Shown here: positions 56,025 through 64,000 of the stretch, piece by piece
Layout: every line of letters begins with the position of its first letter
How positions within the stretch are numbered: position 1 is the first letter of the stretch
Virus record (IMG/VR): IMGVR_UViG_3300021090_000013
Span: 9,295-73,294 of that record
Strand: one strand, 5' to 3'
DNA from: a virus
DNA: 64,000 bases
Translations under genes and position numbers: made by a program
Notes under the pieces: generated by a model
Told to the model about the DNA's origin: nothing
The model's database searches: none
Seen by the model: the letters and a program-made list of their open reading frames with translations, nothing else

Positions 56025-56480
56025 ATCAGCTACACTCAACCTCGCACGTGGAGCCCGGGGGAGACGGTCACAGCCTCCCTGATGAACGCGCACGTGCGCG
56101 ACAACCTCAATGCCCTGGCGTGGAAGGCGATCATCGTCAGCATGGGGAGCCCGGACGGGGACGCGCTCACGACCGGGGTGAAGGCCCGCGCCGACATCGC
56201 CGGCCCCTGCAAGATCACCGGCTGGACGATCTTCTCGGACGCGGCCGGCTCCGTGGTCGTCGACGTGTGGAAGAGCGATTACGACAACTTCCCGCCGGTG
56301 GTCGGTGGCACGATTGCGGGCTCGGAGAAGCCGACCCTCTCGGCCGCCCAGAAGAACCGGGACCTTGCTCTCACCACGTGGACCGTTGTCCTTGCGGCCG
56401 GGGACGTCCTCTTCTTCAACCTCGATTCGGCGAGCACGGTCAAGCAGGTGGTCGTTTGCCTGCACCTGGAGCCAGTGTGA
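56025..56480 (+). CDS. minor tail/fibre-type protein, homolog of 8937-9392; apparent ATC start
   Basis: GGAGGTG RBS then ATC-SYTQPRTWSPGETVTASLMNAHVRDNL. Confidence 0.65.
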   Translation: MSYTQPRTWSPGETVTASLMNAHVRDNLNALAWKAIIVSMGSPDGDALTTGVKARADIAGPCKITGWTIFSDAAGSVVVDVWKSDYDNFPPVVGGTIAGSEKPTLSAAQKNRDLALTTWTVVLAAGDVLFFNLDSASTVKQVVVCLHLEPV

Positions 56481-57163
56481 TCACGACCCTTCGGCCAGCC
56501 TCGCAGGGGAATTACAACAACTGGACGCTGGGCGCTGGCGCGTCGAAGCCGGTTGCCCTCCAGGGCCCTAACGATGACGACGCGTCGTACATCACGGCCA
56601 GCACGGCGGTACGGGACAGCTTCGTTCACGACGGCCTGGCTGCGTGGGTGTTCGGCATCACGACTCATAGCGTTAGGCACTACTCCAAGTCGATCACCGG
56701 GGGCGGAGGTGGGAACTGGCCGGTGGTCTACGGCTTCCTCCGTCGGGCGGGCGTGGACTACGACGGCGCGGGCAACACGATGACCGCGGCTTACATCAAT
56801 AGCGCGCCTGATGTCGACCTCATCTCCGCCACGCCGACACGGGAGGAGGTCAATGCGACTGAGATCGGAGTGTGGCTGACGTCCGCCGGGTACGGGGACG
56901 CGAGGACTTCGTCACTGCGCTGGCCTATCACGCACAAGGTCGCGCCACGTGGTTTCGTCTGCATCATCGGCCAGTGGCTGGGCCCGCTCGTCGCGGTCGG
57001 CCTGTCCGAGATGCGGCGCCTGGCGATGGAGCTGTCGCGACGGTCACCGCATCTGATCACGCCTGACGAATACATGACGGCTTGGCGTGAGTTGCGGGAG
57101 GCGCGGAACCGGAGGTTCTACTTCCGGCCCGCGTCTCGGCTGTACGTTCCGGCTGGCATCTGA
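56477..57163 (+). CDS. hypothetical virion-associated protein
   Basis: GTGA-coupled; last gene of the tail operon. Confidence 0.5.
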   Translation: MITTLRPASQGNYNNWTLGAGASKPVALQGPNDDDASYITASTAVRDSFVHDGLAAWVFGITTHSVRHYSKSITGGGGGNWPVVYGFLRRAGVDYDGAGNTMTAAYINSAPDVDLISATPTREEVNATEIGVWLTSAGYGDARTSSLRWPITHKVAPRGFVCIIGQWLGPLVAVGLSEMRRLAMELSRRSPHLITPDEYMTAWRELREARNRRFYFRPASRLYVPAGI

Positions 57164-57189
57164 ATCGCTGGGCCTACTTCTGGCGGCCC

Positions 57190-58404
57190 CTAGAAGCCGT
57201 CGGCGAAAATCAGGTCGTTGCTCCGCGGGTACTCGATGGCATGCATGCGGCCGAGTTGATAGACCCCGCCGATCCCGGTCTCAATGACCACCATGGCGCG
57301 GGCCGACCCGAGGACGGTCAGCACGTGGCCTTGGTCGTTCCCGAAACAGCCGTCCTCGCTGAAATCATGGCCGCCGTGCCAGTAGAGCGCCCCCAGGACC
57401 GATGGCCTCTCTGTGTCCGAATACCCGAACAGGAAGCTGTGCATGCCGTACATCGAGGAGTGGTTAGGCGGGGGTTCATTGTAGCTGATGAGGATCGTCC
57501 TACTCCACACATCTGGGTCTGAGTCCGAGTAGTAGCCGAGGCCCTGTGCCGGCGCGAAGAATCCAGGCACCTCCGGGAAGAACCCTCCCGGATAGGCGTC
57601 GCCGTACTCGGGCCAGATCGTGGTCCACCCCCCGGGCTCGTGGGTTGACCCGGCCGATGCGTAGTAGGGCATGAAGTCAGACGCCGACCTCTCGGCCGGC
57701 GGACCCGTGAGGAACGCGTACCCGTACACGTCTCCGGACCACTGGCCAGTGTCGAGGTTGATGGCGCGACGCAGGATCAGGGATGCGGCCTGCGACCCGA
57801 CCTCCGGGGACCACTCGAATGAGAAGGTCGCGCCCTCCACGTCAGGGAGGGCCACGCGCAGCAGCACGCCGTCCCACGTCCACGTCCCCTCACGTTGCAG
57901 TCGCGAGAAAATCCCAGCCCGGATCGGGCCCGGCACGCAGTCGGGGTCGTACAGCGGCGGGAGGTAGCCAGGAGTCAGGCGCATGGCGTTGTGGTGTCGC
58001 GTGGTGGGAGACGTGTTCCCGGCCACGGTGGCCATGAGGTCGGCGAGTGCGCTGCCGTCGGGGCGCAGGAAGACGTAGCCGACGAACGCGGTGCTCCCGT
58101 TCGGCGTGCTGTAGTACCCGTTGGAAAGGACGTAGCGGCCGGCGAGCGTCATGTCGATCGCGCGCGCCGTCGCCCGCGCCGTCTGGCCTCCCGCGGTCAG
58201 CGTCGCCTCGACGACGCCGCCCGGAGCCACCGCGCAGGTGGCAACCTCCCCGGACCCGGACGCGCAGCCTGCCCAGGCGTACGTCAGCCCGGGCGGCGGG
58301 TCGACCACCTCGAAATGCGCCGTGCAGGGCGCGACGCACGCGCCGGTCGAGCGGATCTGTACCGCCGACAGCCCCAGCATGATCACTGTGAGTACTGTCG
58401 TCAT
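57190..58404 (-). CDS. exported protein with N-terminal Ig/PKD-like domain
   Basis: Signal-like N-terminus, CVAPCT...LTYAWAGC; aromatic-rich C-domain. Confidence 0.55.
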   Translation of the reverse strand: MTTVLTVIMLGLSAVQIRSTGACVAPCTAHFEVVDPPPGLTYAWAGCASGSGEVATCAVAPGGVVEATLTAGGQTARATARAIDMTLAGRYVLSNGYYSTPNGSTAFVGYVFLRPDGSALADLMATVAGNTSPTTRHHNAMRLTPGYLPPLYDPDCVPGPIRAGIFSRLQREGTWTWDGVLLRVALPDVEGATFSFEWSPEVGSQAASLILRRAINLDTGQWSGDVYGYAFLTGPPAERSASDFMPYYASAGSTHEPGGWTTIWPEYGDAYPGGFFPEVPGFFAPAQGLGYYSDSDPDVWSRTILISYNEPPPNHSSMYGMHSFLFGYSDTERPSVLGALYWHGGHDFSEDGCFGNDQGHVLTVLGSARAMVVIETGIGGVYQLGRMHAIEYPRSNDLIFADGF

Positions 58405-58934
58405 CGGCCGAGCCTTGCGTTGTGCGCAGCGACGAACGACTGCGCAGCAATGACGGCGACCGGGACGGCCCAGCCGAGAACCTTGTTCCGGCGCTTTGGG
58501 GACCGCCGCATCTTGTGGGACCAGACGAGGGCTCCGGCCGTCACCGCGGCCTTGACGGAGTAGAGGGCCAGGCGCGACCCAGCCAGGGGCGCGAGGACTT
58601 GGTTCTGCTCGGTGAACCCGCGCCGCTGGAAGGCCATCGTGGTCTCGACGTCAGCCACCGACGAGAGGACCAAGGCAGACCCGAGGAGCAGCGACTCCCG
58701 GGACAGCAGTCGGGTCTCCCGTTTCGGCCCGGCCGTGCCGATCGCTACCTGCGCCCAGGTGGCCCCCTGCGCCGAGCCTGCGCCTGCCAGGGCGAGGCGG
58801 CCGGGGGCTGAGGCCTGTTCTGCCACTGGCGGGTCGATGGCCAGCTCGACCGCGAACGGCGATGCGGGCGCCTCGGCGGACCAGGCGGGAACCGCCAGCA
58901 CGACCAGCAGAACGACCAGGGCTAGCTTCTTCAT
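58401..58934 (-). CDS. membrane protein with signal peptide
   Basis: MKKLALVVLL...AWS; AD.ETT...E.N..L...K motif with TM segments. Confidence 0.6.
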   Translation of the reverse strand: MKKLALVVLLVVLAVPAWSAEAPASPFAVELAIDPPVAEQASAPGRLALAGAGSAQGATWAQVAIGTAGPKRETRLLSRESLLLGSALVLSSVADVETTMAFQRRGFTEQNQVLAPLAGSRLALYSVKAAVTAGALVWSHKMRRSPKRRNKVLGWAVPVAVIAAQSFVAAHNARLGR

Positions 58935-58948
58935 TTCGGTCCCCCTCT

Positions 58949-59383
58949 TCACGTGGTCTCCTCGGCCAAAAGTAGGGCCGCCTCGATTAACTCCTGCCTG
59001 GCCTCGATGGCCACCGGATCCAGACGTTTGGCGCCACGGAGTATCGCCGCGATCTTCATCAGTCTCGTGACGAGACGGAGAGCGCGTCGGTTACGTACGT
59101 TCTCTTGCGGCGTGCAGGCCCGCAGGTTCTGGCGGCGATTGTCGAGCGTGTCCCCATTGATGTGATCCGTCATGAGATGGGGAGGCGCTCCCGCGATGAC
59201 GCGGTGCATCAGAACCAAGTCCCGACGTCGATCCGTTGAAAGCTTGAGCCGCCGAGCGGCGTAGTAGCGCTTGCCGCTCCTGTGATGGGCATACCATTTG
59301 AAAGCTGCCAGCGTGTCATGGTCGGCCGCGTCCACGACTGCGTAGAGCCCCCTGGTCAGCGGTATCCTCGACTTGCTTGTCAA
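58949..59383 (-). CDS. HNH endonuclease (HNH_3 type)
   Basis: IPLTRG..AVVD, MHRVI, DHINGDTLDNRRQNLR...N. Confidence 0.85.
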   Translation of the reverse strand: MTSKSRIPLTRGLYAVVDAADHDTLAAFKWYAHHRSGKRYYAARRLKLSTDRRRDLVLMHRVIAGAPPHLMTDHINGDTLDNRRQNLRACTPQENVRNRRALRLVTRLMKIAAILRGAKRLDPVAIEARQELIEAALLLAEETT

Positions 59384-59504
59384 AATGCCCTCTCAGAGGT
59401 GACATGCTGGTGACTGGGCCTGGTAACTTGTTGGGCTGTAGGTACTAGATGACAAGTTCGGAGTCTATCGGGCGCTCGCATGGGCTCGGACCCTCCTCGC
59501 AGTA

Positions 59505-59702
59505 TCAACGCTTTACGCCTTGCCCACCACCAGCGGGCGAGCCCCTGAGAGCCCCCGAGGTTACCGTGGAGGTGACAAGGCCGAGCTTGGAATCGACGAC
59601 GACGAACACGACGTCCCCCGGCTCCAGCAGCGTGAACTCGCTGACGACAAGCGGCGCGTTCGGGTCCTCCACCGCTGACGGTAGAGGCTTCTCCTCGCTC
59701 AT
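59505..59702 (-). CDS. small hypothetical protein
   Basis: AAGGAG RBS upstream; first plausible gene after the leftward promoter. Confidence 0.35.
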   Translation of the reverse strand: MSEEKPLPSAVEDPNAPLVVSEFTLLEPGDVVFVVVDSKLGLVTSTVTSGALRGSPAGGGQGVKR

Positions 59703-59832
59703 GCCTTGCGCTCCTTCCGTTCCGTTCCCAGCGCGCGCGCCTCGATCCTGGCCGCCGTCTCCGCGCTCCCCGCCGGCAGCCAGGAACCGAGCGTCCTGCA
59801 AAACTTGCGGGCCGATGTTTCTTCCACGAGCC

Positions 59833-59874
59833 TAATATAGGCCCTTGACATCGTGAATGCAAGCACCTATATTG
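59833..59874. promoter_or_regulatory. second copy of the palindromic bidirectional promoter
   Basis: TTGACA(59845)-17 bp-TATATT(59868); reverse TTGCAT-17 bp-TATATT. Confidence 0.8.
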
Positions 59875-59894
59875 ACTTCGTGAAGAGAACAGAG

Positions 59895-60086
59895 ATGAGG
59901 TCGGCACTCAAGAGGCTGGGCTGGAAGCAGTCCCAGCTTGCCCGATACCTCAAGGTCACCGACGGGGCCGTGAGCATGTGGCTGAGCGGTCAGCGGCCGA
60001 TACCTGGCCCGGTCGAATTGGCGGTCAGGGCGGCCATCCTGGGCGCTGTGGAGCCCATCCAGGGCCAAGACCGGGAGTCGGCGTGA
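59895..60086 (+). CDS. Cro-like XRE HTH regulator (second copy)
   Basis: Near-identical to 10886-11062, with 5 extra residues. Confidence 0.8.
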   Translation: MRSALKRLGWKQSQLARYLKVTDGAVSMWLSGQRPIPGPVELAVRAAILGAVEPIQGQDRESA

Positions 60087-60166
60087 CCGGCGGCTGGCTG
60101 GCCTCGAAGCTGGGGGCCGCCGAAGCCAAGCCGCAGGCGAAGCGCAAGAAGGGCGAGGCCGAGTAG

Positions 60167-60973
60167 GTGCTGATCTCGGCCATCACCATCGGAGACCGGG
60201 CGCGCCGGGACATGGGCGACCTGCGAGGCTTGGCCGACTCCATCGCGACCCATGGCATGCTTCATCCAATCGTCGTGCGCCCCGACGGTATGCTGATCGC
60301 CGGCCATCGGCGCATCGAGGCTGCAAAACTCCTTGGCTGGGATGAGATCCCTGCGACGGTCGTTGACGTGGCCGACCTGCTTTCTGCCGAGCGGGACGAG
60401 AACGCGGAGCGCAAGGACTTCACGCCAAGTGAGGCGGTCTCCATTGGCCGGCTGATCGAGGAAGCGCACCGCGCCAAGATCGAGGCAAAGGTCCACGAAA
60501 GCGCGGTTCTGGCGGGCAAAAAGAGGCAAGGCAGCGACATGTCGAATCAACCACCCGCTGCCATCGGACCGACTCGTGAAGCGGCCGCTCGCGCCGTCGG
60601 AATGGGCCCGATCAAATACACCCAGGCCAAGGCCGTGGTGGCCGCGGCCGAGGCTGACCCGGAGAAGTTCGGCGACCTCCCGGGCCGCATGGACGAGACG
60701 AGCAACGTCTCGGGCACGCATCGCGAACTGGAGCGGCGGAAGAGCAACGGTGCCAGCGGTCGGCATCCTGTCCACCACCACAGTCGACGCCGCGACCAGA
60801 CGAAGGAGATGGAGCGCGCCATCGCGCATATCGAGGGCGCGGCCAGCGTCTTCGGGTCCATCGACGCAGACGCGCTCGATGAGGGACGGAAGCCCGAGTG
60901 GATCTCATCGCTCGGCGAGGTGCGGACACAGATCGGCCGCGCCATCAAGAGGCTGAGAGGGGAACGCGAATGA
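60167..60973 (+). CDS. ParB N-terminal domain protein
   Basis: LADSIATHGMLHPIVV...LIAGHRRIEA...ENAERKDFTPSE. Confidence 0.8.
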   Translation: MLISAITIGDRARRDMGDLRGLADSIATHGMLHPIVVRPDGMLIAGHRRIEAAKLLGWDEIPATVVDVADLLSAERDENAERKDFTPSEAVSIGRLIEEAHRAKIEAKVHESAVLAGKKRQGSDMSNQPPAAIGPTREAAARAVGMGPIKYTQAKAVVAAAEADPEKFGDLPGRMDETSNVSGTHRELERRKSNGASGRHPVHHHSRRRDQTKEMERAIAHIEGAASVFGSIDADALDEGRKPEWISSLGEVRTQIGRAIKRLRGERE

Positions 60974-61785
60974 CGAAGCACGAAGTCGAGAAGGTGAAGG
61001 CGCAGGGGCGCCGCATGTACCTGCCCATTTCCTGCCTGGAGATGGACCCCGCCACGCAACGGGCCCTGAACAAGTCGTGGGTCAAGTCTCACGTCACCGA
61101 CTTCGACCCCGACCTCTTCGGAGAAATCGTGGTGAGCGTCCGCGGAGGCCGTCATCTCATCGTCGACGGCCAGCACCGGGTCGAGCTTCTGCGTGCGATG
61201 GGCTGGGAGGGAGACCAGAAGGTGCCGTGCCTGGTCTACGAGGAGCTGACCCTTGCTGAGGAAGCGGCGCTGTTCCGCGGTCTGGCTGACCGCAAGGCAC
61301 TCCGGGCCTTCGATGACTTCCGCATCGCCATCGTCGCCGGAGAAGACGTTGAGTGCGACATCGACCGTATTGTCCGGGCGCAGGGGCTTTCGCTCTCCGA
61401 CGCCAAGAAGGACGGGGCCATCTCCGCCGTGGGGGCGCTGCGGCGCGTCTACTCCGGAGGCGGAATCGCTCAGGGATCTCCAGTGGCTCTTGCCAAGACC
61501 CTGAAGGCTCTCAAGGCCGCGTGGGGTACGGATGCGACAGCGTTCGAGGGGCCGTTGATTCTCGGCGCCGGGCTGGTGCTCCTGCGGTACAACGGGAAGG
61601 TCGATGAAGGGGCGCTGGCCGCCAAACTCTCCAAGGCAAAGGGCGGACCTTCGAGCATGGTCGGCCGCGCCAAAGGGCTCATGGAATCGAAGCATCGGCC
61701 CCTCGGTCACTGCGTGGCCGCCGGAATCGTCGACGCCTACAACTCGGGTCGGCGCGCTGGGAAGCTGGAGGACTGGTGGTCGTGA
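60970..61785 (+). CDS. ParB-like (DGQHR motif) protein
   Basis: QRAL...IVVS...IVDGQHR...EEAALF. Confidence 0.65.
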   Translation: MTKHEVEKVKAQGRRMYLPISCLEMDPATQRALNKSWVKSHVTDFDPDLFGEIVVSVRGGRHLIVDGQHRVELLRAMGWEGDQKVPCLVYEELTLAEEAALFRGLADRKALRAFDDFRIAIVAGEDVECDIDRIVRAQGLSLSDAKKDGAISAVGALRRVYSGGGIAQGSPVALAKTLKALKAAWGTDATAFEGPLILGAGLVLLRYNGKVDEGALAAKLSKAKGGPSSMVGRAKGLMESKHRPLGHCVAAGIVDAYNSGRRAGKLEDWWS

Positions 61786-62093
61786 GCGAGCCGCTTCGTA
61801 CCCGCCTCCGGGCGGCGGCCGACGCTATCGCCCAGGCGGTCGAGGACGAGCTGGCCGCGCACCACTCGGGGGAGGCGCTGCTCACCCTCCAGAACGTGGC
61901 TGACCGCCTCGGCCGCCACGAGTCGACCGTGAGGCGCGGGCTGCGGCTCGGGACGCTGGACCTGCCGGTGGTGCTGCTCGGTGGCGACCCGCGCGTGCGC
62001 CAGGCGGACCTCGACGTGTACATCCGCGGGCTCGCATACCGGCGGAGGCTGCAAGAGGCGGTCGGTATCGTTTGCGCCAGGAGGACAGCGTGA
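61782..62093 (+). CDS. excisionase-like HTH protein (second copy)
   Basis: Highly similar to 11786-12097. Confidence 0.7.
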   Translation: MSEPLRTRLRAAADAIAQAVEDELAAHHSGEALLTLQNVADRLGRHESTVRRGLRLGTLDLPVVLLGGDPRVRQADLDVYIRGLAYRRRLQEAVGIVCARRTA

Positions 62094-62267
62094 GCCGCGT
62101 GCGGTGCATGGTCTGCCGCGTCACCCTGTCGCCCGGCTCCGAGCCTGCGTCCGATGGGCTGGGACCGTGCTGCTGGGCGGCGTACCGCGCGAAGAATGGC
62201 TTGCGGCCGCGACCGTACCCGCTGACCGCCAACAGATCGGAATGCCCCGACGTACCCAGCCCCGGCA

Positions 62268-62518
62268 GCCGGCGCCCGGGAGACGTAGCGCCGGCATTGA
62301 TTCTAGATGGCGGCCGATCCGCGGATAAGCGCTGCGTCAGCACGCCGAACGCGGCCCGAGCTGGGGGGCGGAATGCCACCCCGGCACAGCACCCCGGGGG
62401 CGAGATCGGCGCCTCCGGGCCTTCCATCCCGCCGCGGGGTGCGATCCCCGCTAATCCCACCCCACAACTCCCGCCCGCCGAATGCAGCGACCGGCGGGCC
62501 TCCAGCGAGGGGCCCGCC
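62268..62518 (+). ncRNA. putative structured RNA element (second copy), within ORF 62090-62545
   Basis: Hairpins 62268-62295, 62434-62451 and 62493-62518 match those at 12859-13052. Confidence 0.5.
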
Positions 62519-62541
62519 CCTTCCTTCGATGAGGTGAGCGC

Positions 62542-63850
62542 ATGAGCACTTGTGGCCGCTGTGGCAAGGACGCCTTGCCCAACCAGAGCTACGTGCTCTA
62601 TCACGAGGCTGGCGGCCGAGCTGCCGGCAGCGATAAGCGCATCGTAGTTCACGGCGAGTGCATCGCGGAAGACGTTGCCGCCGGTCGGATCACGCGCGTC
62701 TCGGGCTTCTCCTTTGAATACGCCTCCGGTGGCTGCGACGGATGCGACGACGGGGCCAGCCAGTGAGCTTCCCACCCTCGCCGAAGTCTGTCGAAGCGCT
62801 GCGGCGCAGTCAGGCTCGGAACGCTGCGCTGCTCGCCACGTGCATCAAGACGCGGGGCGAGCTTGGGGCGCGGGTCCTGGAGCTTGAGGACCGCCTCGCT
62901 GCGGTGGTGGCGATCCTTACGCAGGGCGAGGAACCGACGACAGCGCTAGGGCTCGCCTATCGTGTAGCCGAGGCGCTCCGGGCTGCGGAGGTACGCCAGT
63001 GAGCGCCGCGCAGTCGCGCCTCGATGCGCTGGCCGACGCTGAGACGCTGAGGCGGTTCCTGCGGTCCACCATGACGCCGGATGCCTGGCGGTTCGGCGGG
63101 CTCTGCTACCGATGGCCACGGCGGGGATGGGACCTGGACCCTGTCAGCGCGAAGCATAAGGCTGCCGCCGCTTTCCTCATCGTTCCTGGCCTGCGAGGTG
63201 AACCATGAGCGCGTCGCAGAACGCCCGCGACCGTGAGCACCTGGCCCGGGTGCGGGCTGCCGCGCCGAAGCTGCTGGAGGCGTGCGTGGCGGCGCGCGAC
63301 TATCTCGTCTGGCTCGCGGACGACAGCTACGCCCCGCGATGCGCGCGCGTCCAGGAGCAGTTGACCGCAGCCATCGCCGCGACGCAGCCGCCGGCCAAGC
63401 GGAAGGGGCGGAAGTGAGACGCAAGCCGCCCGAGTGCAAGCACCCGCAGCTACTCCACTGGGGTCGAAACGGGGGCGTCTACTGCCCGACGTGCATGGCT
63501 TGGTGGATTCGTAGGCGCGACGAGCGAGGCTCTCTCCTGGTCAAGGTGGGTGCGCCGCTGCCGCGCAAGGGGGCCAAGCCATGATCGTCCTACCCACGGT
63601 CTGCCCGATCTGCGTCCGCTCCAAACTCATCCCGATCCCCGACTACCTCCACACGTCGTGGCCCTGCGCTCTCCACACCCAGCAGCCGCTGCTGTCTCCC
63701 GAGTTCCTGCGCCAGAAGCAGCGAGCTATCAGGCGCATCGAACGCGCGTCCCTGCTCCAGCGTATCGGGCAGGACCTCGTGCTCGTGATGCTGGCGGGCG
63801 TGATCGGCGGGGCTGTGGGCGCGGTGCTCGTGATGCTGGTGGGCCGGTGA
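62542..63850 (+). CDS. run of small coupled hypothetical genes (62542-62766, 62763-63002, 62999-63208, 63205-63417, 63414-63584, 63581-63850)
   Basis: Consecutive ATGA/GTGA overlaps; several CxxC motifs. Confidence 0.5.
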
Positions 63851-64000
63851 GCGACGCCCCCGCCATCGTCCTCTCGCCCCGGGATCGCTGGCTGGCGGAG
63901 CGCCGAACGCTGTTGACCGCGTCCGACTGCGCGGCGGTGCTCGGGGCGGATCCGCACCGGGGCCCTCTTGCGGTCTACGCCTCCAAGGTCGCGGACGTCG
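63847..64000 (+). CDS. YqaJ-like recombinase, second copy (cut by the window edge)
   Basis: 63856-64000 matches 13100-13244 with one mismatch seen. Confidence 0.85.
   Translation, partial: MSDAPAIVLSPRDRWLAERRTLLTASDCAAVLGADPHRGPLAVYASKVADV

Noticed and set aside
59807-64000. Simple terminal redundancy or circular overlap of one genome
   Set aside because: The second copy differs in gene content (ParB genes, no RNA ligase, extra small ORFs) and has substitutions and an indel.

Overview
The whole window is high-GC, tailed-phage (siphovirus-like) DNA. I see no host housekeeping genes, integrase, rRNA, tRNA or CRISPR. It reads as related but non-identical phage units joined head to tail. Positions 1-10.7 kb are the tail module of one unit. 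Positions ~10.8-59.8 kb are an apparently complete ~49 kb unit: divergent promoter and Cro-like HTH, ParB-like protein, RNA ligase, YqaJ exonuclease, SMC-like ATPase, C5 methyltransferase, HerA-like ATPase, replication initiator with iterons, RuvC, lysis genes, lambda-like terminase/portal/ClpP/capsid, and tail. Positions 59.8-64 kb restart a second, mosaic copy of the early region. The most striking locus is at 51.1-55.3 kb: a tail-fibre-type protein ending in 24 His-x-Asp (HxD) motifs, translationally coupled to a radical SAM/SPASM enzyme (which has five HxD motifs of its own) and then to a methyltransferase fusion. I infer RiPP-like chemical modification of a virion protein. Other notable items: a 20-Cys metallothionein-like domain at the start of a probable nested scaffold protein, a glycosyltransferase cluster between terminase and portal, conserved RNA hairpins with compensatory base changes between the two early-region copies, gene cassettes bounded by short direct repeats, and a C5 methyltransferase split over two overlapping frames. 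All protein calls come from motif recognition and gene order by eye; no database searches were run.
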